Below are positions 27,297 through 37,255 of a DNA stretch of 64,000 bases, piece after piece. The stretch covers positions 330 through 64,329 of the forward strand of contig DATDZF010000009.1 in the NCBI GenBank assembly GCA_035288785.1, given 5' to 3'. The position numbers and the translations under genes were made by a program. The DNA comes from Candidatus Norongarragalinales archaeon. GTDB lineage: Archaea > Micrarchaeota > Micrarchaeia > Norongarragalinales > SBBD01. Below the pieces are notes generated by a model, which saw only the letters and a program-made list of their open reading frames with translations, was not told the origin of the DNA and made no database searches. Numbering within the stretch: position 1 is the stretch's first letter; each line of letters starts with the position of its first letter.

Positions 27297-27923
27297 GTGG
27301 GCAATATGGGGGTTTACAGCGCAAACAGGCAGGCTGTTGGACGGCTTCATGAAAGCGTAAGGCTGGCATTGACTGCGAAAGGGAAGGCAAGCGCGGTTTT
27401 GGATAGCTTAAAAGCGGAGCAGGTCACTAGGACCGGCAATCATGTTACTGCATATGCAGGCCATATTTTCGATATTTTACCAAAGTTAGAGGGGGAGGAG
27501 CGCATAACTTTCATGGACGGGCTTGCCGATATTTCCCGAAAAGGCAGGGAGCATGTCCTTGTTGCAGCAGCCCGCATGTTCGTCGAAAATGCGCGGACCG
27601 CAAGCGATACGGAACGGGAACATGCAGCGGCGGCTATGCACCATTACGGCGATCTGCTTTTAGCTGCAGGGCAACTCACTAACGCACTAAAGGGGTATAT
27701 TGCATCACTAAACCTGCATGAGGATCCGGCACGCAGGCAAGCGATTCGTGAAAGGTTTGAGAACATAGGAGAATATGGGCATGCAGGCATCATTGCAAGA
27801 ACCCAAGGTTCGGATAAGCCGATCGCCGGGATTCTTCATGGTTTCATACTGGGTCGCCCCAAAGGGTCCGCGGAAAAAAAAGCCCTCAGGAGAAGGCCAG
27901 TTGACCCCCAACATAGGAGCTAA
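27297..27923 (+). CDS. Hypothetical protein
   Basis: 208 aa, no recognised motif; immediately upstream of the TadC/FlaJ-like gene. Confidence 0.4.
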   Translation: MGNMGVYSANRQAVGRLHESVRLALTAKGKASAVLDSLKAEQVTRTGNHVTAYAGHIFDILPKLEGEERITFMDGLADISRKGREHVLVAAARMFVENARTASDTEREHAAAAMHHYGDLLLAAGQLTNALKGYIASLNLHEDPARRQAIRERFENIGEYGHAGIIARTQGSDKPIAGILHGFILGRPKGSAEKKALRRRPVDPQHRS

Positions 27924-27962
27924 AGTAAATACGAATATAAACACCATTCCGTTAATGAATTC

Positions 27963-30083
27963 ATGCCGCAAAAATACGACCTGAAAAAGGAGCTTAAAAG
28001 GAAGCCGGAAAAGGGTGGCATCACAACAATTGAAAGCCTCTACAACCCTGATGAGGAGACAAAGCCGGAAAAGATCATTGACCAACACAAGAACTTCAAG
28101 GGGATAACCCGCACCTTCGCAAAAATGTTTGCCTCGTACGGGAAGGGGCAGAAATTCACCCCGGAACAGGAGGAGATTTTCGGCTTCCTCGACCTTGGGA
28201 TTTCAGCCGAGGAATTCTATGCGGCTTCGCGCGGCTCGTTCATGCTGGCTGCTGCAATCGGCGCGCTTCTGGCAGCTATCATCTATTTCATGTTCAATGA
28301 GAGCTATGGGATGACCTACACCCTCCTTGGGGCGTTGATGGCATTCATGGCGCCCCTTGCGCTTGCGTTCTATTACCAAAAGTACCCCAGCATGGCAGCA
28401 GACAAGGAGAAGATGCTTGCGCTTGCTTATGTGCCCGAAATTGTCAACTACCTGATCATGAGCATGCGCCTGAACCCGAACCTGGAAAAAGCAGTTGAAT
28501 TTGCAGCCTCGCACGGAAGGGGGAAAATCGCTGAAGAGCTCAAAAAGATCATCTGGCTCGTGCAAATCGGGAAGTTCTCAAGCATCGAGGAAGCGCTTGA
28601 TGACCTCGCATACAGATGGGGGCCATATAGCGATGACTTCAAGCAGGCGCTCATGACCATCCGCGCCTCGGTGCTGGAGGCGGACAAGGTCAGGCGCGAG
28701 GCGTACCTTGAAAAGGCGGTTACGGACGTGCTGGAAGGGAGCAAGGAAAAAATGGATATTTATGCCCGGGGCCTCCACCAGCCGACGGTTTTCCTGTATT
28801 ATTTTGGGATATTGCTTCCGCTAATGCTTGCGATCATCCTTCCCATCGGGGCTGCGTTCGTGGAAGATGCCTCCTTTGCAAAGGCGGAGTACGTGTTCAT
28901 CCTTTATTGCATCGTGCTCCCGGCGGGCGTATACATTTACGGAGGCACGATCCTTAGTGGAAGACCCCCCACATATATTCCGCCAGAAATCCCCGAAAAC
29001 TTCCCCGGAGTCCCAAGGAAGGGGCTGATGGATGTGGGAGGAGTGCAATTGCCATACAAGATTGTAGCAGTGTTCCTATTCGCGCTGGCCCTTAGCCTTG
29101 GATTTTTTGGGGATTATTGGACGGATTTGATGACACCCTCATATATGAAGGAGGATCTGAAGAATATCCCATTCATCGAACTTCCCTTCGGGAGCTACCG
29201 CATCTTTACAATATTCGGCTTCCTCATCGGGCTAAGCCTTGCAATAAGCGTCTACCTTTACGGAAAATACGGCGGAAGGAAGAAAGCGCAGGATGAAATC
29301 CGGGAAATGGAAACTGAATTCAAGGATGCGATGTACGTGCTCGCATCGAGGCTGGGAGAGAGCAGGCCAATGGAAGAGGCGATGCGAAGCGCATTGGAAT
29401 TCCTTCCGAGAAGCAAGGTTGCAAACCGCGTGTTCAGGCGCATATTGGAAAACGTCACGATGCTGGGAATGACAATAGAAGCGGCGGTGTTCGATGGCGC
29501 CTATGGCGCGATGAAGAATATGCCCTCGCAAACGCTGCGCTCCGGGCTTCGCATCATGGTGGATTCGGTTGAGATCGGGGTGAATGTTGCGGCAAAATCC
29601 CTCATTTCGCTTTCCATGCAACTGCGAAATTCCCAAAAAATCGATGAGATGCTGCGGCGCCTTTTGAGCGACATAACTGTCCTTCTCAGCACCATGGCGG
29701 TATTCGTTGCGCCAATAGTGCTCGCTGTTGTCAGCTCGTTGCAGACGGTAATTATAAATTCGCTCTCAAACCTTGGAGGCACTGGCGGGGCTAACCTGGA
29801 GAATGTAAACACCCCCGGCTTCAATGCAGGCGCAATTGCAGGCATGTTCAGCAATACGGACATCTCCAAATCCTCCGCAACCCCGGGCCAGTTCCTGGTG
29901 ATCATGGGCCTTTACCTCATTGAAATCGTGATCATGCTCGTCTACTTCAACTCCCAGATAGAGGATAGCAACAACAAGCTCCACACATATACCGCAATTG
30001 CCAAGGCGCTCCCGATTGCGACGGTGATCTTCTGCGCGGTTGCCTATTTCACCGGAAGCTCGCTTGCGGCAATTGGCCAATAG
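27963..30083 (+). CDS. Type IV pilus/archaellum platform protein (TadC/FlaJ-like, two T2SS-F domains)
   Basis: 706 aa; two repeats of a cytoplasmic helical domain followed by TM helices (T2SSF-like). Confidence 0.45.
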   Translation: MPQKYDLKKELKRKPEKGGITTIESLYNPDEETKPEKIIDQHKNFKGITRTFAKMFASYGKGQKFTPEQEEIFGFLDLGISAEEFYAASRGSFMLAAAIGALLAAIIYFMFNESYGMTYTLLGALMAFMAPLALAFYYQKYPSMAADKEKMLALAYVPEIVNYLIMSMRLNPNLEKAVEFAASHGRGKIAEELKKIIWLVQIGKFSSIEEALDDLAYRWGPYSDDFKQALMTIRASVLEADKVRREAYLEKAVTDVLEGSKEKMDIYARGLHQPTVFLYYFGILLPLMLAIILPIGAAFVEDASFAKAEYVFILYCIVLPAGVYIYGGTILSGRPPTYIPPEIPENFPGVPRKGLMDVGGVQLPYKIVAVFLFALALSLGFFGDYWTDLMTPSYMKEDLKNIPFIELPFGSYRIFTIFGFLIGLSLAISVYLYGKYGGRKKAQDEIREMETEFKDAMYVLASRLGESRPMEEAMRSALEFLPRSKVANRVFRRILENVTMLGMTIEAAVFDGAYGAMKNMPSQTLRSGLRIMVDSVEIGVNVAAKSLISLSMQLRNSQKIDEMLRRLLSDITVLLSTMAVFVAPIVLAVVSSLQTVIINSLSNLGGTGGANLENVNTPGFNAGAIAGMFSNTDISKSSATPGQFLVIMGLYLIEIVIMLVYFNSQIEDSNNKLHTYTAIAKALPIATVIFCAVAYFTGSSLAAIGQ

Positions 30084-30207
30084 GAACATAATTTGAAAGG
30101 TGCTTTGGAAATCAGCTATAGATGCGGATTTGAGGCATCTTGGCAATCTGTGCTTCAAAACAAGCCGGGCTCGAGGTAGGCATCAAGAAATAACTGGAAA
30201 AAACAGT

Positions 30208-30471
30208 TTATTTTTTGCCCTGGGGTTCTGCCTCGGGCGGCTGGCCAACTGGGATTTCCACGAAACGGATGCTCTCGTCATCAATTGTGTAGATGACGCG
30301 GATCACACCGGAAACCATCTGGTTATCGTTTAGCTTGTCCATGAATGCAAGGGTTGTGTCCTCCTTGACGCCAACAGCGCCCTCGAATACGGCATCCACC
30401 GGATTGAATCCGGCCTTTTTGAGCAGCTCAATTGTCTTCATTACCTCCTCTTTTATTTTCATGGAAACCAC
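30208..30471 (-). CDS. Hypothetical small protein
   Basis: 87 aa; downstream of scpA and the 156-aa ORF. Confidence 0.35.
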   Translation of the reverse strand: MVSMKIKEEVMKTIELLKKAGFNPVDAVFEGAVGVKEDTTLAFMDKLNDNQMVSGVIRVIYTIDDESIRFVEIPVGQPPEAEPQGKK

Positions 30472-30536
30472 CTGTAAACACCAGACGGATGCTTTAACCT
30501 TGGGGGGTTTAAAAAAGTTGGGTTGAGATTAGCCGC

Positions 30537-31007
30537 CTAGGCGCGCAGTCGCCTGGTTTCAGAAGCCGGGTGCTCGGGAAAGAGGGGATGGAGCTCGAAT
30601 TCGTGGAAAGTGCCTCCACGACCTACTTTTGTTACCCCGAGTTGCCTTACTTCCACCGGGATGGGATGCGCTTCCCAAGAAAGCTTTCGTGCAGCCCGGC
30701 CTACTGCCTCTTCGAGGTGCACAACGAGTGGTTTTTCCTCGCGGGGCCCTTTTTTTGGAGGGATTGGGCGCCCGGATGCCCTTGCAACTTTTTCCTCCAG
30801 CATTTGCGCCCAAGCCTCGTCAAATCCGGGGGGCAGGTTTGGTTTTGGGCTAAAGCTGCTTAAAGTCAGGCGTATCCTTCCCGGAAGCAGCCAGCCTCCC
30901 TTGACTTTCATGCCAATTAGCCTGTAGCGCAGGTCAGGATGGCCGTTGATTTCGGCTTCGAGCCTTCTTTTTAAGGCAAATAAGAATTCGCGCCTGGTGA
31001 CCATCAA
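30537..31007 (-). CDS. Hypothetical Arg/Pro-rich protein downstream of scpA
   Basis: 156 aa; locally GC-rich with multiple overlapping frames, so frame choice is uncertain. Confidence 0.35.
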   Translation of the reverse strand: MMVTRREFLFALKRRLEAEINGHPDLRYRLIGMKVKGGWLLPGRIRLTLSSFSPKPNLPPGFDEAWAQMLEEKVARASGRPIPPKKGPREEKPLVVHLEEAVGRAARKLSWEAHPIPVEVRQLGVTKVGRGGTFHEFELHPLFPEHPASETRRLRA

Positions 31008-31050
31008 CTCACATAATGAGTATTAAAATAAGGGTTTAAGAAGGTTGCTT

Positions 31051-31737
31051 TCAGTTTTGAAGCACTTTGAGGAAAATTTCCCCAAATAGCCGGTCCTGCC
31101 AGGCAAACATCTTCTCCTCCTGGATCAGGTGGAGCACCGGCGGAAGGTGGCGCGCATAAAGCGAGGCTTTTTCCTCCCCATGCCCATTGAACGACTTCAC
31201 CAGTTCCGAGAAGAGGACCATATTCTCCTTGTCCTTGAGCTCTCCAGCCCGGCTATGGACCATTACCATGAGTTCGTTCAGGTTTTCCTTGGGAAGCTCT
31301 ATATGGAGAGGATCGGCCTTTGCACGCGGGATGAGCTCGCGGCGCTCGTAGTGCATGACTTCCTCCACGGCCTCAATTAACTCAGTTAAAGTGATGGTGC
31401 GGGAGCGCGGGAGGTTGGGATTGAAGACAAGATCCGGGATTGCCTCGTTTTCGAATGGGCGGACGAAAGGCTCGGGCTCCGGAACGGGCTCTTCTAGCTG
31501 CAATGCCTGCGCCTTGTAGTTGAGAAGCAGGGCGGATGCGAGAATGACATTTGCGGGAATGCGCAGGTCCATTGCTTGCATTTCCCTCACTTTCTGCAAA
31601 TATGCGTCGGCGACCTTCACAAGGTCGATTTCCCAGGGGTTCATCTGCTGGTTTTCGATGGATTCGAGCAAAAGCTCGCGCCAGGAGGGTTCCTTTACGA
31701 ACTCCGAGAGTTCGAGCTGCATCTGCATAACAATCAA
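31051..31737 (-). CDS. scpA: Segregation and condensation protein A (kleisin)
   Basis: 228 aa; ScpA N-terminal motif (NPWEIDLVKVADAYL) and C-terminal winged-helix region. Confidence 0.7.
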   Translation of the reverse strand: MIVMQMQLELSEFVKEPSWRELLLESIENQQMNPWEIDLVKVADAYLQKVREMQAMDLRIPANVILASALLLNYKAQALQLEEPVPEPEPFVRPFENEAIPDLVFNPNLPRSRTITLTELIEAVEEVMHYERRELIPRAKADPLHIELPKENLNELMVMVHSRAGELKDKENMVLFSELVKSFNGHGEEKASLYARHLPPVLHLIQEEKMFAWQDRLFGEIFLKVLQN

Positions 31738-31931
31738 GTGGGTCTGCTTGGGAAAATAAATGGGGGGAGGTAGTATTTATTCCTTATTGATGGTGATTTC
31801 GGGGGCTTTGGGCCAAAAGGGGAAGGCAGCCAAGAGCATAAAACTCAAAAAAAAACCAGGTGGGGGAAAGTAAGCCCATTTACCTTAAGGCAATAATCAA
31901 TTTTCGGAAAAAAGCTCATTTAACAAAAAAA

Positions 31932-32498
31932 TCATTCTTCCGTCTTTTCCTTCTTGGGTTCAGCTTGCATTGGCTTATTTGCGCCGCCCATCAATTCCTT
32001 GCCGCGCTCAACGCGCTTCTTGAGGTTGCTTTGGAACTCCTCCAAATCCTCCTTCTTTAGCAGTTTTGTCATGAAATAGTTGGTGAACTGCTGGGAGATG
32101 CTCGAAGCGTTAAGGAGGGTGTTTTGCATCTGCTCCCGGTTCATTTTCAGCTCATTGGGCTCGAGAATTTCGATGGTAAGGGGGCCGTATTTTAGGCAGG
32201 TGCCAACAGCGATGTCGAAATTCGAGAATAGGACCTTCACTTCCGTGTAAGTGGAAAAGCCCCTCCCATGCTCATCCTCAGTTTCGAGCACCTCCTCAAT
32301 TTCGCCCTTGCAATAAATTACCCCTTTTTCTGCATTGATCCGGCTCACGAGGTCCACAAGCGATGCGCGCACATTCTCCTTATCCCTCCCATAGGAATCG
32401 AAATGCAAAAGCGCAAGGATCGCGCCCATCCTGCCCGCCTTCTCGAAAAGCTCTTCTAGGTCCTTTTCGGAAAAATCCTTCTTTTGCTCTTCTGGCAT
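31932..32498 (-). CDS. Hypothetical protein upstream of scpA
   Basis: 188 aa; acidic N-terminus, coiled-coil C-terminus, no known motif. Confidence 0.4.
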   Translation of the reverse strand: MPEEQKKDFSEKDLEELFEKAGRMGAILALLHFDSYGRDKENVRASLVDLVSRINAEKGVIYCKGEIEEVLETEDEHGRGFSTYTEVKVLFSNFDIAVGTCLKYGPLTIEILEPNELKMNREQMQNTLLNASSISQQFTNYFMTKLLKKEDLEEFQSNLKKRVERGKELMGGANKPMQAEPKKEKTEE

Positions 32499-32590
32499 AA
32501 TAAATCAGCTCGGAGGCCCCGTGCATGAAATGTTCTGAAATTCAAGTACAAATTAGGCCAGATAGGTATAAAATATGAATTCCGAAGGAA

Positions 32591-32746
32591 TCAGACGCGT
32601 TTGGTGAAGCCGTGCTCGAGCACATATCTGCTTTTGCAGTTTGGGCAGTTGTACTGGCCGCCATCGTTGATCAGGCGCACGCCAAACCCGAAATTGCTGT
32701 AGCAATGGCGGCAGTTCTTGACGAGCTCATCTCCCACAACAGTCAT
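32591..32746 (-). CDS. Small zinc-ribbon protein (51 aa, MTVVGDELVKNCRHCYSNFGFGVRLINDGGQYNCPNCKSRYVLEHGFTKRV)
   Basis: Manual translation; CxxC-x17-CxxC; the overlapping listed + ORF 32612..32830 has antisense-like low-complexity composition. Confidence 0.45.
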   Translation of the reverse strand: MTVVGDELVKNCRHCYSNFGFGVRLINDGGQYNCPNCKSRYVLEHGFTKRV

Positions 32747-32941
32747 GCGGATCACCGGAAAAAACGGGTTCAGATATTGGATTGGATGGACTATTTAAGC
32801 GTTTTGCATGCAATGCTGCAATACGAGTAATTGGGGATTATTTTTTGAAGGATACTATTTGTTGAATTGCGCAGGGCGGAATAGGAAGGGAAGGGATAGT
32901 TATTTATGTATTTTGGGTAAACACGGCATCTCAATAATCAA

Positions 32942-33817
32942 TCAGCGCTTCAATAACGGGGAGAACAAATCGATCGCCTTTTTGGAGATGCGGTCCTGTG
33001 GGTTCCAGCCTGTATGCAGCCCTTTGCTTAGCGAATCGAGCTTTTCCATGTCCCGTTTTGAGATGGAAAAATCGAACAATTTTGAATTCTCGATAATGCG
33101 CTCCTTATGGGAGGATTTTGGCAAGGGCAGCGCGCCATGCTGCAGGCACCACCTAAGCATCATTTGTGCGGCGGATTTACCGTACCGCATGGCAACATCG
33201 GCAAGGGCTGCATCGCCTAGCATCCTTCCCCGCGTGAGAGGCGAATATGCCTCAAGCAGAAGGTTTTTCCTTTTGCAGAAATCAAGGAGCTCTTTTTGGA
33301 ACAGGAATGGCGAAAACTCGACCTGGTTGACTGCGGGAGGAATTTTTGAAATTTGCAGGAGCGCTTCCAAATCAGGGATGGTGAAATTGCTCACACCAAT
33401 CGAGGCGCACATGCCTTCTGAGCATAATTTTTCGAGCGTTTTCCAGGTGGAAAGGCTTTGGGGCATCGGCCAATGGATCAAGTAGAGGTCGACATATGGC
33501 ATGCCGAGCCGGTTTAGGCTGCGCTCGAGCGCCTTGCGCGGATTCCCATGGTCGGCATTCCAGAGCTTGGTAGTGACGAATAGGTCATCTCGCGATAGGC
33601 CGAGCTCGCTTATGCCGCGTTTAATGGCCCCTCCGACATCCGCCTCGTTTTGGTAGAGGGTTGCAGTATCGATGTGGCGGTAGCCGGCCTTTAGCGCCTC
33701 GAAGATTGCACTTTTTGCCTGCGGCCCAGCCATTTTGTAGGTGCCAAAGCCAAGGATTGGGATAGAATGGCCGGAGTTCAACGTCCACTTCGAATTCAGC
33801 GTTAGTTTTCGCGCCAT
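32942..33817 (-). CDS. Aldo/keto reductase
   Basis: 291 aa from MARKLTL; AKR catalytic tetrad context (GYRHIDTA, LYQNE...), IPKS-like C-terminus. Confidence 0.8.
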   Translation of the reverse strand: MARKLTLNSKWTLNSGHSIPILGFGTYKMAGPQAKSAIFEALKAGYRHIDTATLYQNEADVGGAIKRGISELGLSRDDLFVTTKLWNADHGNPRKALERSLNRLGMPYVDLYLIHWPMPQSLSTWKTLEKLCSEGMCASIGVSNFTIPDLEALLQISKIPPAVNQVEFSPFLFQKELLDFCKRKNLLLEAYSPLTRGRMLGDAALADVAMRYGKSAAQMMLRWCLQHGALPLPKSSHKERIIENSKLFDFSISKRDMEKLDSLSKGLHTGWNPQDRISKKAIDLFSPLLKR

Positions 33818-33969
33818 GTCTACCACAAATGGTAGGTTGATACGGACGGCCCCATTAAAATAATAGCCGCTAATAGGAAAAATATTCAAAACAAATGGGG
33901 ATCGGATTACCTAATACCGCTCCGATTTGGGGGATGCATTTAAATCAGCGCTCAACCTAACAATCGCCT

Positions 33970-34644
33970 ATGATTGGAAACAGCGATGCGGGGCTGATGC
34001 TCGGGCTCCTTCTTAGCATCGTCCATTTGGCCGGGGAAACACTGAGCCCAAAACTCGAGCGCTACCATTGTGAACTCATAAGCTTCAGCGCCGGCGTGCT
34101 CATCACGCTGCTCTTTTCCGAGCTCCTGCCGATTGCGGCGCGGGACAACCTGAACTTCACGTTCATCCTCCTGGGGTTCGTTGCGTTCCATTCCCTGGAA
34201 AAATACGTGTATCAAAGGCATCCATCCCAATTCAAGAGGGAGCTGGGAAGGCTGGATTCGGCAGGCTTTTTCGTTGTCAACTTCCTTAACGGCTTTGCAC
34301 TGATGGTCATCTACGATTTTGACCCCCAGCTGGCGTACCTGTTCGCAATACCAATGGCGATCGTGGAACTTGCATCTGCCGCATTCCTGAGCGGGATTCT
34401 CGAAAAGACGAAAAATGGCGGGATTATGAAACTCGTCCTGAGCGCCTCGGTGCTGCTTGGCGCCCTTGCCGCCACAGTTTTCAGGCTCGACAGTGTGCTT
34501 GCCAACAATGTGTTCGCATTCGCAATAGGGACGATGTTCTATATCGTGATCAAGGACATGATGCCAAGGCACCGCGAGGGAAGGCTGGAATATTTCCTTG
34601 CGGGGGTAGGGGGGATGTACGCGGCAATCGTCATGTTCGGATGA
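33970..34644 (+). CDS. Polytopic membrane protein, possibly ZIP-family metal transporter
   Basis: 224 aa; about 7 TM helices, His/Glu-containing helices; family assignment is weak. Confidence 0.3.
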   Translation: MIGNSDAGLMLGLLLSIVHLAGETLSPKLERYHCELISFSAGVLITLLFSELLPIAARDNLNFTFILLGFVAFHSLEKYVYQRHPSQFKRELGRLDSAGFFVVNFLNGFALMVIYDFDPQLAYLFAIPMAIVELASAAFLSGILEKTKNGGIMKLVLSASVLLGALAATVFRLDSVLANNVFAFAIGTMFYIVIKDMMPRHREGRLEYFLAGVGGMYAAIVMFG

Positions 34645-34775
34645 GCTGCGCAAGGGATTAGTCATACCAAACAGGGGCGGGTATAGCAAGCTAAATGCGG
34701 TTAAAGGGGCGGGCGGCACATATACTATTCCGGATTTGCCGACCAGATCATTCGATACCAGGTTACGTTCTCCAT

Positions 34776-35756
34776 CTATTTCTTCAATACATCCTTGTTG
34801 ACCACATTGGCAGGGCCCTTTCCGGCAAAGTAATCTATGATTGCGTGCACTGCAAGGTCGGCCATCTTGGTGCGCGTTTCTAGGGAAGCGCTGCCGATAT
34901 GCGGAAGCATGATCACGTTCTGGAGAGGTATGAGCTCAACTGGGCAGCGCGGCTCATCCTCGTATACATCCAGGGCTGCCGCAAAGATGCGGTGCGACTT
35001 GAGGGCCTTTGAAAGTGCCACCTGGTCGACAACTGCGCCCCTGGAAGTGTTGACAAGTACCGCGGTCTTCTTCATCATATGGAACTGCTTTTCGCCAAAC
35101 ATCCGGCGGGTCTTTGGCGTCAGCGGGACGTGTATGGAAATGAAATCGGATTGCCTCACGAGTTCGTCCAAGTCGGCCCATTTGGCACCGTATTCCTTGT
35201 CGAAATCCGCCTGCACCTTGGGATCGTTGTAGATTATTTTCATCCCAAAACCCTTGGCGGCCCTCTGGGCTACTGCCTTCCCAATCCTGCCAAGGCCTAC
35301 GATCCCAAGCGTCTTCCCATATAGGTCAACTCCCAGCATCATGGATGGCCCCCAGCCCTCGAACCTGCACTCCCTTGTGAATTTATCGCCTTCAACTATC
35401 CTCCTGGAGGCGGCAATCATCATTCCAAGGGCAAGATCGGCGGTTGTCTCGGTAAGCGCGCCGGGGGTATTGGTAACCAGAATTCCACGCTTGGTTGCGG
35501 CCTCGATATCTATCTTGTCGAACCCGACGCCGTAATTTGAGATGATCCGGAGGTTTTTGTTGGCATCCATGACTTCTGAATCGACCGGGTCGGTCAGGAT
35601 GCAAAGCAGGGCGTCCTTGCCCTTGACACCCGCAATCAGCTCATCACGGCTTATGATGCTCTCGGTTTCCCTTAGGTCCACATCGCAGTGCTTCCTTAAT
35701 TCAATTAATGCATTTCCCGGCAATGGCCGGGTGACAAACACTTTCGGTCGGGTCAT
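34776..35756 (-). CDS. D-isomer-specific 2-hydroxyacid dehydrogenase (glyoxylate/hydroxypyruvate reductase-like)
   Basis: About 326 aa from MTRPKVFV; NAD-binding GxGxxG (GLGRIG), catalytic His/Glu/Arg context. Confidence 0.8.
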   Translation of the reverse strand: MTRPKVFVTRPLPGNALIELRKHCDVDLRETESIISRDELIAGVKGKDALLCILTDPVDSEVMDANKNLRIISNYGVGFDKIDIEAATKRGILVTNTPGALTETTADLALGMMIAASRRIVEGDKFTRECRFEGWGPSMMLGVDLYGKTLGIVGLGRIGKAVAQRAAKGFGMKIIYNDPKVQADFDKEYGAKWADLDELVRQSDFISIHVPLTPKTRRMFGEKQFHMMKKTAVLVNTSRGAVVDQVALSKALKSHRIFAAALDVYEDEPRCPVELIPLQNVIMLPHIGSASLETRTKMADLAVHAIIDYFAGKGPANVVNKDVLKK

Positions 35757-35923
35757 GTGATCACCAGGAATGGTTTTCGTAATAGTTAAGGAGTGCATTT
35801 AATACCTTTTGCAGTTGGGGGGAAGTTCGTTATTTGCAGAAAAGCGGAAAAGGGGGGATATTTTGGATATGTGGGGAACGGAATGCAGTCAACTATCAGA
35901 AAATAAATGCGGGAATTGGCGCC

Positions 35924-36898
35924 TCATTTCCTCATTTTCATAACTTCCCTTATTTTCTGGACGATGTCCCTGCTTTTCAGGCCGAATTTTTCAAGAAGCG
36001 CATCTGGGGGGCCGCTTTCCCCAAACCGGTCCAACACGCCAACGAACTTCACGGGCACGGGATAGTTTTCGGATAGCACCTCGGCAACAGCCGAGCCAAG
36101 GCCCCCAATTATCTGGTGCTCTTCTGCAGTCACGATGGCGCCCGTTTCCTTTGCAGCGGCGATAATCGCGGCCTTGTCGATGGGCTTTATGGTATGATTG
36201 TTAACGACTCTAACGGAAATGCCCTCTTTTTCAAGCTGTTTTGCGGCAACCAGTGCCTCATAAACAAGCTGGCCGCTCCCCACAACAGTAACATCCGACC
36301 CGTCCCTGAAAACTTCTGCCTTCCCTATTTTGAAGGGGGTTTCCTCCGTCGTTATGACCGGCACCTTGTCCCGGCTAAGCCGGAAATAAACCGGCCCTTT
36401 TATATCCAGCGAATGGATCGTGGCCTTCTTTGCCTCCAGCCAGTCGCATGGGGAGAGCACGGTCATGTTCGGAAGCACGCGCATGATTGCGATGTCCTCA
36501 AGTGCCTGGTGGGTTGCGCCGTCGGGCCCAACAGAAATGCCGGCATGGGCGCCGATTATCTTCACGGGGTATTCGGAATAGCAGATGCTAACGCGGATTT
36601 GGTCCCAATTGCGGCCAGGCGAGAAAACCGCGTAGCTTGCAATGAAAGGGATCTTGCCTTCGGAGGCCATGCCTGCAGCGATGCCCGCCATGTTCTGCTC
36701 CGCTACCCCCACCTCGAAGTAGCGATCCGGGTATTTTTCCTCGAACCATTGGACGCGGGTGGATTCCTTGAGGTCGCAGCAAAGCACGGCTACTTCCGGA
36801 TGGGTTTCGCCAAGCTCCAAAAGGCCCTTGCCAAGGCCGTCCCTGCTCGGGACTTTCCCTACGTTCGCGTAAATGTTGTCTGCGAGTTTTACAGCCAT
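35924..36898 (-). CDS. Transketolase, C-terminal (pyrimidine-binding) subunit
   Basis: 324 aa; Pyr and C-terminal domains of a split transketolase. Confidence 0.8.
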   Translation of the reverse strand: MAVKLADNIYANVGKVPSRDGLGKGLLELGETHPEVAVLCCDLKESTRVQWFEEKYPDRYFEVGVAEQNMAGIAAGMASEGKIPFIASYAVFSPGRNWDQIRVSICYSEYPVKIIGAHAGISVGPDGATHQALEDIAIMRVLPNMTVLSPCDWLEAKKATIHSLDIKGPVYFRLSRDKVPVITTEETPFKIGKAEVFRDGSDVTVVGSGQLVYEALVAAKQLEKEGISVRVVNNHTIKPIDKAAIIAAAKETGAIVTAEEHQIIGGLGSAVAEVLSENYPVPVKFVGVLDRFGESGPPDALLEKFGLKSRDIVQKIREVMKMRK

Positions 36899-36904
36899 CG
36901 TTAA

Positions 36905-37141
36905 TCACTTCCCGTTTTTGCCATTCAGCCCGCCGAGTGCTTTCAGCCATTTTTCCGGCCGCTCATACGAAACGGCAACAAAACTGTTTCCATCCTCCTC
37001 GTTTTCCAGGATGAGCTGGAACTGCCTGCCCATCGCATTGTACATGCAATTCCGCGTCAGGAAATGGTAATGCCACCCCTCCCCTTTGGCGGAAAATTCC
37101 GTTGCCTTGGCAACCAAATCATCCAAGCCTATTTCCCTCAA
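36905..37141 (-). CDS. Small conserved-position protein between the transketolase subunits
   Basis: 78 aa; no motif recognised; 6-nt gap to tkt C-subunit. Confidence 0.4.
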   Translation of the reverse strand: MREIGLDDLVAKATEFSAKGEGWHYHFLTRNCMYNAMGRQFQLILENEEDGNSFVAVSYERPEKWLKALGGLNGKNGK

Positions 37142-37255
37142 ATTAAAAACCCCGACTGCCGGATTTATTGAAATAGCAAAATGGCGGGATCGCCCCCCTG
37201 CCAGCAGCTTTTGATTCCCAATTCATTACTTTTTCCCTCTTGAAGCAACCCCGCG

